A stretch of DNA of 64,000 nucleotides from an uncultured Bacilli bacterium (GCA_944326155.1 CALVCV010000002.1:4514-68513), one strand, 5' to 3'; positions 1 to 9,185 are shown, counted from the first letter of the stretch. Translations and numbers: made by a program. Notes: generated from the letters alone by a model not told the origin.

Positions 1-1
1 A

Positions 2-169
2 ATTTTTATTATCGATGAAGATGGTAGTTATGTTGAAACATTACAAAGTGTGTTAAACACTAGAGGCTACAAGAAAGTAATTATTTATCTTGGTGGATAT
101 GAGCGATTAAAGGATGAAAATAAAAATGATTTTGAAATTGTAAATGGAATTGACGATTGTGGATGTTAA
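2..169 (+). CDS. C-terminal fragment of a gene starting upstream of the window (function unclear)
   Basis: Frame 2 is open from the window edge to TAA at 167-169 (...YKKVIIYLGGYERLKDE...DDCGC*). A hairpin terminator follows. The resemblance to the end of a rhodanese-homology domain is only weak. Confidence 0.4.
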   Translation: MFIIDEDGSYVETLQSVLNTRGYKKVIIYLGGYERLKDENKNDFEIVNGIDDCGC

Positions 170-212
170 AAAAGGATATTGTTTGGCTACGCCAAAACTA
201 TATCCTTTTTAT
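168..212. terminator. Bidirectional hairpin between convergent genes
   Basis: AAAAGGATAT..TTTGGC tac GCCAAA..ATATCCTTTT is flanked by an A-run and a T-run. It lies between the stop at 167-169 (+) and the stop at 209-211 (-). Confidence 0.6.
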
Positions 213-1063
213 TTTTGGATTAACTTAATTGTATAATCTTCAATAGTAATTAATTTTTCTTTATAAAGTGCACCTACTGCTCTTTTAAAAGCACTTTTGC
301 TCATTGTAAAATATTTTTTAATATCTTCTGGGGTTGAGGCATTTCCAAGTGATAAGATACCACCCATTGACTTTAAATAATTTAAAATGGTTATTGAATC
401 ATCTAATCTTGATTCTTCCTTTGGTTTAATAAAACTACCATTTGCCTCATTATTCTTATTAATATGAATAATACGGACTTCCACCTCTTCACCAATATGA
501 TATTTTTTTCGCATCATGCTACTATGTATATATATATATTGAAAACTATCTGTATAAAGTCCCATACCATCATCTAGTAGTTTACAAACTATGGCTTTAG
601 CCATAATTCCAACTTTAAGAGGGGCTATTTTGAATTTTTTAATATCTTCCTTATTTATAATTCTTGCTACCAATTGGTCTTTTTTCACTTTTAAAATACA
701 AGGTACTTTTTCATGTAATTTAGGCCATAATTGTTTATTTGTAGGTAGGTAATCTTTAGATAACAAAATATCTTTGGCAATACCTATATTAACAAATACG
801 CCACCTTCACAGGTATTGACAACTTCAACAAAGCTTGCTTTTTCAGTTGTAATTAAAGGTTTTTCCATTGTGGCACAAAGTCGCTTTTTTTGATCATAAT
901 ATAAGAAGGCATCAATAATCTCGCCAATAGTTAATTTTCGTATGGCTTGATTGAAGTGTAAAAAGATATAAGTAGATAATTCAGTATTTTGAGGACTTAA
1001 GGTATAACTAATATCGGTTTCTCTTTTTACAATAAATTTTCCAATGTTACCTATTTCTAGCAT
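209..1063 (-). CDS. cvfB: CvfB/YitL-family S1-domain RNA-binding protein
   Basis: ORF 209-1225 is trimmed to Met55 (ATG at 1063-1061), which is preceded by AAGGAG. It has repeated S1/OB-like segments. The C-terminal winged-helix tail ILNYLKSMGGILSLGNASTPEDIKKYFTMSKSAFKRAVGALYKEKLI is typical of CvfB. Confidence 0.75.
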   Translation of the reverse strand: MLEIGNIGKFIVKRETDISYTLSPQNTELSTYIFLHFNQAIRKLTIGEIIDAFLYYDQKKRLCATMEKPLITTEKASFVEVVNTCEGGVFVNIGIAKDILLSKDYLPTNKQLWPKLHEKVPCILKVKKDQLVARIINKEDIKKFKIAPLKVGIMAKAIVCKLLDDGMGLYTDSFQYIYIHSSMMRKKYHIGEEVEVRIIHINKNNEANGSFIKPKEESRLDDSITILNYLKSMGGILSLGNASTPEDIKKYFTMSKSAFKRAVGALYKEKLITIEDYTIKLIQK

Positions 1064-1208
1064 AATAACAATCTCCTTAATAGGTATTATATCATATTTT
1101 TTATAAAAATTATAAGAAAAAGCAAAAACTTTCCCTAAAAAATAATATAAATGGAAAAGTTTACTTTTTTTACTAAATATGATATAATAATAAAAAGGAG
1201 AGTTATGT

Positions 1209-1961
1209 ATGAAAAATTTGAACAATTACATTAAAAAATTAGAAAAGAGTTTGGAAGATAAATTATTTTTCTTGAAACATATCGATATTAATGACTATTC
1301 ACTAGTTGTTGAATTTGGATGCGCAAATGGTAGATTACTTAGAAGAATTGAACCTGTAATCGATAAAGAAGTCACAAAATTAGTAGGTTTTGATATTAAT
1401 GAAGAAATTATTGAAATTGCTAAAATGATTTCTCCTGAAATTACCTTTTTAACAAAGTGGGATGAAGTATTAGATATTTTAAAGAATACAACTAAAAAAA
1501 GTTTAATTATTTTTAGTAGTGTTTGGCATGAAATTAATCCCCAATATTATGAAAAGATTTTTAATGAAATGAAAAAATTTACAACAATTGTAATTCGCGA
1601 TATGAAAGAACCTATTCAATCAGCTGAACCCATTGATGCACCAACAAGAGACCGGATAAAAAAAATGGTACCAGAATGGCAATTTGATGAGTTTGAAGCA
1701 AAATGGGGAAGAATTGATAATAAGAAAACGCTATATCGTTTTTTGCTTATGTATACATATCTTGATAACTGGGATAATGAAATTAACGAAGATTATTTTT
1801 CTACACCATGGGCTGAAATCAATTGGACTTTAGAGAAAGACTATGATATTATTTATTTAAATTCTTATACTTTAGAATATAAGAAAACTGAAATTGCAAG
1901 AATTTTTGATCACCATATGAAAGACATTACACACCATCAAGTTATTTATACAAGAAAGTAA
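1209..1961 (+). CDS. Class I SAM-dependent methyltransferase-like protein
   Basis: An AGGAG RBS precedes the start. Motif I reads VVEFGCANG and an acidic LVGFDIN follows at the end of beta-2. I see no DNA-MTase catalytic motif. The C-terminal ~100 aa are unassigned. Confidence 0.55.
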   Translation: MKNLNNYIKKLEKSLEDKLFFLKHIDINDYSLVVEFGCANGRLLRRIEPVIDKEVTKLVGFDINEEIIEIAKMISPEITFLTKWDEVLDILKNTTKKSLIIFSSVWHEINPQYYEKIFNEMKKFTTIVIRDMKEPIQSAEPIDAPTRDRIKKMVPEWQFDEFEAKWGRIDNKKTLYRFLLMYTYLDNWDNEINEDYFSTPWAEINWTLEKDYDIIYLNSYTLEYKKTEIARIFDHHMKDITHHQVIYTRK

Positions 1962-1985
1962 ACTATTAGTATAGGTGATGATAAT

Positions 1986-2819
1986 TTGTTAGTATTTGTG
2001 CTTATTATTTATTTTTCTGTCTGTTTAATTGTCGGTTTATATGTTTGGTTAAGCTATCATATTAAAAAAAAGTATTTGAATTTTATTTTAGAAAATAGTA
2101 TTACTTTAGCTGAAGTAAAAAAGATTAATACTCAATATCATTTTTATGTACTGATTAGTTATGATGAAAGACATACATATGATAATGAAAAATTTTATGA
2201 AGCTATATCATGCGCTGATTATTTAATTTATCAGTTACAATTTACGAAGACTAAAATTATTACTGAAATTAATAAGGCAAAATATAATCGTAATCATATT
2301 GAAACGTATTATCAAGAAATTAAAAAAATAGAACATTTTGGTTATTTTAGACGAGAAATTGGTAAATTAAAAAAAGATAAGTTAATTAAAATGGAAAAAG
2401 AATTATTTAATAAAATGATTTTAAGACCAGAGACTTTATATAAAGTTAAAATTCAATTGATACTTACTAAAATGAGTGGACAGTTTGTTAAACGAAAAGA
2501 ACAAATCTTTTTAGCTAATCAAATTGAAATCTTTATCCATGATTTAAATCAAAAAGAGGGTAATTTTTTCTTAAATAAATCGATATGGGATGCAATATGC
2601 AGAGTAGAAAGAGGCAAAGTAACCAATAAAATGCGCTTTTTTATTTATAATCGAGATGGTTATCGTTGTAGAAGATGTGGAAAAAGAGGTGACTCTAATA
2701 ATCTTGAAATTGATCATATCTTACCTATTTCAAAAGGCGGTAAGTCTATAGTAGGTAATTTGCAAACCTTATGTGAAAGTTGCAATAAACTAAAAGGAAC
2801 TAAAGTTATTCGTTATTAG
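1986..2819 (+). CDS. Membrane-tethered HNH endonuclease-domain protein
   Basis: A TTG start follows AGGTGA. There is one N-terminal TM helix (LVFVLIIYFSVCLIVGLYVWL). The C-terminal HNH motif reads YRCRRCGKRGDSNNLEIDHILPISKGGKSIVGNLQTLCESCNKLKG. Confidence 0.7.
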   Translation: MLVFVLIIYFSVCLIVGLYVWLSYHIKKKYLNFILENSITLAEVKKINTQYHFYVLISYDERHTYDNEKFYEAISCADYLIYQLQFTKTKIITEINKAKYNRNHIETYYQEIKKIEHFGYFRREIGKLKKDKLIKMEKELFNKMILRPETLYKVKIQLILTKMSGQFVKRKEQIFLANQIEIFIHDLNQKEGNFFLNKSIWDAICRVERGKVTNKMRFFIYNRDGYRCRRCGKRGDSNNLEIDHILPISKGGKSIVGNLQTLCESCNKLKGTKVIRY

Positions 2820-2862
2820 AATAAAAAGGATATTTGATAATGTAAATTGTAATTCGTATTAC

Positions 2863-2891
2863 TTGATAAATGATTAAAATTATGTTATAAT
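2863..2891 (+). promoter_or_regulatory. Sigma-A-type promoter of rplS
   Basis: TTGATA (2863-2868), a 17-nt spacer, then TATAAT (2886-2891), with TG at 2883-2884 (extended -10). Confidence 0.6.
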
Positions 2892-2897
2892 ACCAAA

Positions 2898-2990
2898 TGG
2901 TATAGCGCTTACGGCTATATCAAAGCACGATATTCCGCTGGTATACTGAGAAAAAACGTATATGTATGAATATTGGTAGATAAGGAGAGT
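2898..2990 (+). promoter_or_regulatory. Structured rplS 5' leader (possible L19-leader-type autoregulatory element)
   Basis: A ~95-nt leader lies between the promoter and the RBS. It contains the hairpin TATAGC gcttacg GCTATA. Firmicutes are known to carry an L19 leader upstream of rplS. I could not check a covariance-model match. Confidence 0.3.
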
Positions 2991-2995
2991 TTGTT

Positions 2996-3346
2996 ATGAG
3001 TCAACAATTACTTAATGCGGTTACAAAAAGTTATATGAAAAATGATATTCCTGATTTCCGCGCTGGTGACACAGTTAAAGTACACGTAAGAATTAAAGAA
3101 GGCGAAAAAGAAAGAATTCAAATTTTTGAGGGTCTTGTTATTTATCGTCATGGAAGAAATAGCATTAGTGCTACATTCACTGTTCGTAAGATGTCTTCTG
3201 GTGTTGGTGTTGAAAAGATTTTTCCACTTCATTCACCAATGATTGCTAAAATTGAAGTTGTACGTCTTGGTAAAGTACGTCGTGCTAAACTTAGTTATAT
3301 ACGTTCGTTATCAGCAAAAGCTGCTCGTATTAAAGAGCGTCTATAA
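2996..3346 (+). CDS. rplS: 50S ribosomal protein L19
   Basis: The 116-aa sequence ...[29 protein letters not shown]...SFTVRK...[29 protein letters not shown] is the L19 signature. A GGAG RBS precedes the start. Confidence 0.97.
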   Translation: MSQQLLNAVTKSYMKNDIPDFRAGDTVKVHVRIKEGEKERIQIFEGLVIYRHGRNSISATFTVRKMSSGVGVEKIFPLHSPMIAKIEVVRLGKVRRAKLSYIRSLSAKAARIKERL

Positions 3347-3364
3347 TTTATTATGTATTAAAAA

Positions 3365-3400
3365 ACAAATAGAAAATAATTTTCTATTTGTTTTTATTTT
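3365..3400 (+). terminator. Rho-independent terminator after rplS
   Basis: ACAAATAGAAA ataat TTTCTATTTGT followed by a T-run. Confidence 0.8.
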
Positions 3401-3413
3401 TTAATCATATTAG

Positions 3414-3442
3414 TTGACTCCAATCATAAAATAAAATATAAT
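3414..3442 (+). promoter_or_regulatory. Promoter of the metal-resistance operon
   Basis: TTGACT (3414-3419), a 17-nt spacer, then TATAAT (3437-3442). Confidence 0.65.
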
Positions 3443-3444
3443 AT

Positions 3445-3470
3445 AATAGTTGAACAATTATTCAACTATT
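3445..3470 (+). promoter_or_regulatory. ArsR/SmtB-type operator (imperfect 26-bp palindrome)
   Basis: AATAGTTGAA caatta TTCAACTATT forms 10-bp perfect arms. It contains the TGAACA..TATTCA core typical of SmtB/CadC/CzrA 12-2-12 operators. It sits immediately after the -10 box. Confidence 0.65.
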
Positions 3471-3493
3471 CGACAAAGAAGGAGGTTATATGG

Positions 3494-3850
3494 ATGAACG
3501 AGAATGTGCCAAATTGCAAAAACAATTATCTACATAAAGATAAAATTGAACATGCCAAGTCTTTATTAATTAACGATGAAGATTTATTTTTTGTTACTCA
3601 ATTATTTAAAATTTTAGGTGATGAAACAAGAACAAAAATTTTATCAGTATTAATAGAAGATGAACTTTGTGTTTGTGATATTGCCAAAATACTTGATATG
3701 ACAAAATCTGCTATATCACATCAACTCAAAACTTTAAGAATTGCAAAACTGATTAAATCAAGAAAAATTGGCAAAGAAGTTTTCTACTCCTTAAAAGATG
3801 ATCATGTGTTTAAAATTTACAAAATGGCAACTGAACACGTTGCAGAATAA
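3494..3850 (+). CDS. ArsR/SmtB-family metalloregulator (CadC-like)
   Basis: AAGGAGG lies 8 nt upstream. The ELCVCDIAKILDMTKSAISHQLKTLRIAKLI segment is a wHTH with the alpha-3 CVC metal site. There is an additional N-terminal Cys. Confidence 0.85.
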   Translation: MNENVPNCKNNYLHKDKIEHAKSLLINDEDLFFVTQLFKILGDETRTKILSVLIEDELCVCDIAKILDMTKSAISHQLKTLRIAKLIKSRKIGKEVFYSLKDDHVFKIYKMATEHVAE

Positions 3851-3864
3851 AGAGAGGTATTATT

Positions 3865-4083
3865 ATGAAAAAGATTTATCAATTAGAAGATTTAGATTGC
3901 GCAAATTGTGCCGCAAAAATGGAAAGGGCAGTAGCAAAAATTGAAGGGGTTTCATCTGTCAATATTAGTTTTATGGCTCAAAAGATGACTCTTGAAGTAG
4001 AAGATTCAATGTTTGATGAAATTTTAAAGAAAGTAGTTAAAACTTGTAAAAAAATTGAACCTGATTGTACAATTGTTTTATAA
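3865..4083 (+). CDS. Stand-alone heavy-metal-associated (HMA) domain protein / metallochaperone
   Basis: The 72-aa product carries LEDLDCANCAAKMERAV, a CxxC motif in a ferredoxin-like HMA context. Confidence 0.85.
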   Translation: MKKIYQLEDLDCANCAAKMERAVAKIEGVSSVNISFMAQKMTLEVEDSMFDEILKKVVKTCKKIEPDCTIVL

Positions 4084-4102
4084 AATATAGGAAAAGGATA
4101 AT

Positions 4103-6025
4103 ATGAGTAGAAAGGAAAAGAAAAACTTGACCAGAATCATCATTTCCCTTGTATTATTTGCAATCATCATGATTGTTGATAAAACAATCATTTTGGGAAA
4201 TATTTTCTTTGGAAAATTTGGATGGGTTTTGCCATTTTCTTTATATTTAATAGTATACTTAATCATCGGTTATGATGTATTATGGCGTGCGATTCGTAAT
4301 ATTTTTCATGGTCAAGTTTTTGATGAAAATTTCTTGATGTGTATTGCTACCCTTGGCGCTTTTGCTTTGGCAATCTATTTAGGTGTAACTGGCGAAGAAA
4401 TTGAAGGATTTGATGAAGCATGTGCAGTTTTATTATTTTATCAAGTAGGTGAATTTTTCCAGGGTTATGCAACAAGAAGATCACGTAAATCTATTTCAGC
4501 TTTAATGGATATTAGACCTGACTATGCCAATCTTAAAAAAAATGATACTTTTGTAAAAGTAGATCCATCAGATGTAAAAGTGAAAGATATTATTTTAGTA
4601 AATCCTGGTGAAAAAATACCATTAGATGGTATAGTTGTAAAAGGTAATACAACACTTGACACAAAAGCCTTAACTGGTGAGTCTTTACCAAAAGATATAA
4701 GTGTTCATGATGATGTGATTAGTGGTTGCATTAACTTAACATCACAAATTGAAGTAGAAGTTACTAAAGAATTCTATGATTCAACCGTTTATAAAATTTT
4801 AGATTTGGTTGAGAATGCAGCAAGTCAAAAATCAAAAGCAGAAAATTTTATTACTAAATTTGCTAAATATTATACACCTATTGTTGTATTTATAGCTCTT
4901 GCCCTTGGGATTATTCCAAGTCTTATTACAAATGAATGGTCAGTTTGGATTTATCGTGCACTTAGCTTTTTAGTTGTATCATGCCCATGTGCTTTAGTAA
5001 TATCGATTCCCCTTTCATTCTTTGCGGGCATTGGTGCATCATCTAGATATGGTATTTTGGTAAAAGGTTCTAACTACTTAGAAAAATTTAACAAAGCCAA
5101 CATTTTTGTTTTCGATAAAACAGGAACTCTAACGAAAGGTAATTTTGTGGTTACCAAAGTACTGCCTGCTGAGAAAAAAAATGAGATCTTAGCTTTAGCT
5201 GCCATTGCTGAACAAAACTCCAATCACCCTATTGCTAAATCAATCATCAATGCATGTTGTGTTCAAGATATAGAAAGTGGATATACACTAACCAATATAG
5301 CTGGTCAAGGTGTTGTGGCAACAAAAGATAATGATGTTATTCTTTGTGGTAATGAAAAATTAATGAAGGAAAAAGCTATTGACTTTACTCCTACAAGTGA
5401 GTTAGGTACTGTGATGTATATAGCTAAAAACAATCAGTTTGTAGGTACGATTATCATTGAAGATGAATTAAAAGATGAGACTATAACAGTTATTCAAAGT
5501 TTAAATAATATGAAAGCAAAAACCATTATGCTTACAGGTGATAATGAAGAAATTGCGAAAAAGGTTGCAACACAAGTAGGCTTAACATCTTATAAAGCTT
5601 CCCTTTTACCACAAAACAAAGTTGCTGAAGTTGAAAGATTATTAAGTGAAAAGAAAAATAAAGAAGTACTATGTTTTGTTGGAGATGGTATCAATGATGC
5701 GCCTGTTCTAATGCGATCAGATATTGGCATCGCAATGGGGGCAGTTGGTAGTGATGCCGCAATTGAAGCATCTGATATTGTTTTAATGCAAGATGATTTA
5801 CAAGGTCTTTCAATTGCCAAAATGATTGCTAAAAAGACAATGCATATTGTGTTTCAAAATATTATTTTTTCTATCATTGTTAAAGTTATCATTTTAATTT
5901 TATCGGCTTTTGGAATTACCAATATGTGGTTTGCTGTATTTGGCGATGTTGGTGTATCAGTGATTGCAATTTTTAATGCAATGAGAGTAAATTCCAAATA
6001 TAAACTAGTTGATAACAAAAAATAA
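4103..6025 (+). CDS. P1B-type heavy-metal (Cd/Zn/Co-type) translocating ATPase lacking a fused N-terminal HMA domain
   Basis: Motifs seen: TGES, a CPC membrane motif (VSCPCALVIS), the DKTGTLT phosphorylation site, GDGINDAP, and MLTGDN. Confidence 0.9.
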   Translation: MSRKEKKNLTRIIISLVLFAIIMIVDKTIILGNIFFGKFGWVLPFSLYLIVYLIIGYDVLWRAIRNIFHGQVFDENFLMCIATLGAFALAIYLGVTGEEIEGFDEACAVLLFYQVGEFFQGYATRRSRKSISALMDIRPDYANLKKNDTFVKVDPSDVKVKDIILVNPGEKIPLDGIVVKGNTTLDTKALTGESLPKDISVHDDVISGCINLTSQIEVEVTKEFYDSTVYKILDLVENAASQKSKAENFITKFAKYYTPIVVFIALALGIIPSLITNEWSVWIYRALSFLVVSCPCALVISIPLSFFAGIGASSRYGILVKGSNYLEKFNKANIFVFDKTGTLTKGNFVVTKVLPAEKKNEILALAAIAEQNSNHPIAKSIINACCVQDIESGYTLTNIAGQGVVATKDNDVILCGNEKLMKEKAIDFTPTSELGTVMYIAKNNQFVGTIIIEDELKDETITVIQSLNNMKAKTIMLTGDNEEIAKKVATQVGLTSYKASLLPQNKVAEVERLLSEKKNKEVLCFVGDGINDAPVLMRSDIGIAMGAVGSDAAIEASDIVLMQDDLQGLSIAKMIAKKTMHIVFQNIIFSIIVKVIILILSAFGITNMWFAVFGDVGVSVIAIFNAMRVNSKYKLVDNKK

Positions 6026-6055
6026 AAACTATATTCAAATGAATATAGTTTTTTT
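6025..6055 (+). terminator. Rho-independent terminator
   Basis: AAAACTATATTC aaat GAATATAGTTTT plus Ts. Confidence 0.8.
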
Positions 6056-6107
6056 AACGTAATTTTAAAGAATCACTTCGTATTTATATAAGCGAAGGAG
6101 GCATAGA

Positions 6108-6629
6108 ATGAAAAATAAAATAAAAAAAGTTTTAAGAATTGGTATGTTTTTTCTAATACTATTTTTAAATGCTTGTAGTAATTCCCCTGCAATAAGTTCT
6201 AATCCCGATGCTTCCTTCAGTGACACAAGTAATACATTTTGTATGATTGATATTAGAGGAGAGGTGGTTTATCCGGGTATATATAAAATTGAAGTTGGTT
6301 CACTATTTAATGATGCAATTCAACTTGCAGGGGGAATTACAAAGAATGCAAATTTAGATGATATTAATTTAGTTGCTATTATCACTCAAAACATAAAAAT
6401 TGTCATACCTTCAAAAAAAGAAGAAATAGTAGATAAAACAAAAATTAATATCAATACTTGTACAATAGAAGAATTATTAACTATTCCCAAAATAGGGATT
6501 ACTAAAGCAAATGCCATTATCGCATATCGCAATGCAAATGGGTCTTTTACAAATATTGAAGAATTAAAAGAAGTAGATGGTATTGGCGATGTCATTTTTG
6601 AAGAAATTAAAGTATACATTACTATTTAG
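6108..6629 (+). CDS. comEA: Competence protein ComEA (DNA receptor, SLBB + helix-hairpin-helix)
   Basis: A signal/lipobox-like N-terminus (FLNAC) is present. The C-terminal HhH reads INTCTIEELLTIPKIGITKANAIIAYRNANGSFTNIEELKEVDGIG. Confidence 0.85.
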   Translation: MKNKIKKVLRIGMFFLILFLNACSNSPAISSNPDASFSDTSNTFCMIDIRGEVVYPGIYKIEVGSLFNDAIQLAGGITKNANLDDINLVAIITQNIKIVIPSKKEEIVDKTKININTCTIEELLTIPKIGITKANAIIAYRNANGSFTNIEELKEVDGIGDVIFEEIKVYITI

Positions 6630-8781
6630 TACTTTAAAAAATAATTATTTTATTCTAATTTTTCTCATTATCCTTCTTTTTGTTATCTACCATGATTTTA
6701 ATATTTTTTTAGTCATTTTCTTTTTTGTTTATTTAGTCTACCTAATAAAAAAATCTTTAAAGTTAGTAATTTTTATGTCAGTTATTATTGCTTTAATCTT
6801 TATTCATTTTTTTATTAAAATAAATATGCAAAAGCATGCTTTCACAAAGGAATTTCATGAAAGTTTCAAAGTTATCCAAAGCAAGAAAACAACTTCTTCA
6901 TATCAAGTCATATTTAAAAAAGGATATGTAAAAGTAATTGGCTATAGCGAAGAATATTTACCTAGTGGGTCTATTTATGAAATAGAAGGAACTATGAGTA
7001 AAGCAAGTAAGGCTCACTTTGAGGGAGGATTTGACTATAATCAATATCTTACCTATCAAAATATTATTGGTATTATAGATATCGAAAAAATAGTTTTTCA
7101 AAAAAAAGGTTTTTCAATTTATCAAATTCATGAAAGTCTAAATCTTTATTTTAATAGAGTCTTAGAGACTTCATCATCATCAATTGTCAAAGCCTTAACA
7201 ATTGGGAATAAAAATGATATGGATGAAAGTTTAGAACAGAGTATTAGCAATATTGGAATTAGTCATCTTTTTGTCATTTCAGGATTACATATCAATATTA
7301 TTGCATTAAGTATCCATTTTATTTTACAAAAACTATCAATCAAAGAAAACTTGATTCAAATTTTTACCATTGGTATCTTAAGTATTTATTTTTGTATAAC
7401 TGGTCTATCTATCTCAGTATTCCGCGTTATTCTTAGTTATAGTTTAAAATTTGTAGATAAGTTATTACACTACCAACTATCGCGTGTTGATATTATTTGT
7501 ATCAATATTATTATTGTTTTGCTCATTAATCCATTTTACGTTTTTCAATATAGTTTTATTCTATCTTATATTACCTCAGGAATGATTATTCTTGTCAGTC
7601 ATTTATTAGATTCTAAGAGTAAGTATAAGTTTATAATAGTTCCACTTAAAATTAGTTTTTTATCGCTTTTTATTACTCTTCCCATCATTATTCAAATACA
7701 GCCCGATATTAATTTTTTATCCATTATCTATAATATTTTTTATATTCCAATTATTACTTATTTTATCTTACCTCTTGCTTTTGTGGTTGCTTTTATCCCT
7801 TATTTAGAAATAGTTTTTCATCCAATCTATTTGTTTTTTGAAGAAGTAACAACTTTTTTAGCTAATATTCATCTACTAACATTTTCTTTTCCTAAAGTAA
7901 ATGTTTTGTTAGTTTTTATCTACTATGTGATTCTTTATTTTATTTTGCGAGATATAGAAATAAAACGCAAGTTTTTTTTGAAACTAATAAGTTTAATATT
8001 CCTTATTTGTTTATGGAATAATATAAGTTTTTTGAATTTTTATGATGAGGTATATTTTCTAGATCTACCAAAAGGTGAAGCAATTCTTATTAAAGAGCGT
8101 TTTAACAAGTGCAATATTTTAATTGATACAGGTGAAAAGGGGTATAATGATATCATCTTGTTTTTAAAAAAGCAAGGTATCAAAAGATTAGACTTAATTA
8201 TTATTACCCATAGTGATAGCGATCATAATGGAATGTTAGAATCAATTTTAAATACCTTTACAGTAAAAAATATATATTATAATCCATATGATGAAGTTAC
8301 CAAAAAAGTAATTCCTCCCAATATTTTTCATCAAAGTTTAAAAGCAAATGATTACTTTGAAATTGCAAATTTACAATTTCAAGTTTTATCACCATCAAAA
8401 GACTATTCTAATAGTAATGACAATAGTTTAGTCTTACTTGCCAAGGTATTTGGAAAAAAATATCTATTTACTGGGGATATTACAAGAAAAGTAGAGGAAA
8501 AGTTATCCCTTAATCCAAATGATGTTGATATTCTAAAAGTTGCTCATCATGGATCTATTACTTCAAGTAGTCAATCATTTTTAGAAAAAATTAATTTTAC
8601 AAAGCAACAAGATGAAAAAATTGCTATTTGTATGAATGGTTATTATAATCAATTTTCTTTTCCACATGTGCAAACAACTAAAAATATACAAGTAAAATTA
8701 TATATTACAAGCAATAGTAAAACCATTTGCATAAGAAGAAATCAATTTTTATCTAAATACCATATAATTAACAATTGGTAA
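6577..8781 (+). CDS. comEC: ComEC/Rec2 DNA internalisation channel with a C-terminal metallo-beta-lactamase domain
   Basis: The core is polytopic. The MBL motif reads DLIIITHSDSDHNGM ... KVAHHGS. The start is uncertain: the ORF overlaps comEA by 53 nt, so a later start is possible. Confidence 0.85.
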   Translation: MVLAMSFLKKLKYTLLFSTLKNNYFILIFLIILLFVIYHDFNIFLVIFFFVYLVYLIKKSLKLVIFMSVIIALIFIHFFIKINMQKHAFTKEFHESFKVIQSKKTTSSYQVIFKKGYVKVIGYSEEYLPSGSIYEIEGTMSKASKAHFEGGFDYNQYLTYQNIIGIIDIEKIVFQKKGFSIYQIHESLNLYFNRVLETSSSSIVKALTIGNKNDMDESLEQSISNIGISHLFVISGLHINIIALSIHFILQKLSIKENLIQIFTIGILSIYFCITGLSISVFRVILSYSLKFVDKLLHYQLSRVDIICINIIIVLLINPFYVFQYSFILSYITSGMIILVSHLLDSKSKYKFIIVPLKISFLSLFITLPIIIQIQPDINFLSIIYNIFYIPIITYFILPLAFVVAFIPYLEIVFHPIYLFFEEVTTFLANIHLLTFSFPKVNVLLVFIYYVILYFILRDIEIKRKFFLKLISLIFLICLWNNISFLNFYDEVYFLDLPKGEAILIKERFNKCNILIDTGEKGYNDIILFLKKQGIKRLDLIIITHSDSDHNGMLESILNTFTVKNIYYNPYDEVTKKVIPPNIFHQSLKANDYFEIANLQFQVLSPSKDYSNSNDNSLVLLAKVFGKKYLFTGDITRKVEEKLSLNPNDVDILKVAHHGSITSSSQSFLEKINFTKQQDEKIAICMNGYYNQFSFPHVQTTKNIQVKLYITSNSKTICIRRNQFLSKYHIINNW

Positions 8782-8799
8782 AAAAAAAGTATATTTTAC

Positions 8800-8828
8800 T
8801 TTACCTTTTAGCATTTTTATGGTATAAT
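8800..8828 (+). promoter_or_regulatory. Promoter of rpsT
   Basis: TTTACC, a 17-nt spacer, then TATAAT (8823-8828), with TG at 8820-8821. Confidence 0.5.
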
Positions 8829-8859
8829 AGATAACGAATTATCCTCGGAGGTGAAATTA

Positions 8860-9123
8860 ATGGCAAACATTAAACAACAAAAGAAACGAGATATTACTAA
8901 TAATAAGAGAAGATTATTAAATAATTCATTTACTTCTTCACTTAAAACTGCAATTAAGGCATTTGAAGCAGCAGTAGTAACAGGTGATAGAGCAAAAGCT
9001 CAAGAAGCATTTAACTTCGCTTGCAAGAAAATTGATAAAGCTGTATCAAAAGGTATTCATCATAAGAATTTTGCTGCACACCAAAAATCTCGTTTAGCAA
9101 AAGCCTTAAATCAAATGATCTAA
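8860..9123 (+). CDS. rpsT: 30S ribosomal protein S20
   Basis: The ORF is trimmed to MANIKQQKKRDITNNKRR..., which is preceded by GGAGGTG. It has the typical S20 basic helical sequence. Confidence 0.93.
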   Translation: MANIKQQKKRDITNNKRRLLNNSFTSSLKTAIKAFEAAVVTGDRAKAQEAFNFACKKIDKAVSKGIHHKNFAAHQKSRLAKALNQMI

Positions 9124-9139
9124 ATTAGAAATAAAAAAT

Positions 9140-9185
9140 AAAGAAACTAATATATGTATTAAAACATTAATTAGTTTCTTTTTTA
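9140..9185. terminator. Bidirectional terminator between rpsT and holA
   Basis: AAAGAAACTAAT ... ATTAGTTTCTTT forms a 12-bp stem with T-runs. Confidence 0.65.

Noticed and set aside
209-1225. Long N-terminal extensions offered by the ORF track, for cvfB, rpsT, zupT, pyrG, the SIS gene, the ABC exporters, spoVS, tyrS, the LmbE gene, the dipeptidase and the uracil permease.
   Set aside because: In each case an internal ATG is preceded by a good Shine-Dalgarno sequence and matches the conserved N-terminus of the family. The extension is AT-rich junk, or it overlaps a promoter -10 box or the upstream gene.
6577-6629. The comEA/comEC 53-nt overlap as a frameshifted fusion or pseudogene.
   Set aside because: Both proteins are full length with intact domains. 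The overlap is most simply an over-extended comEC start call.
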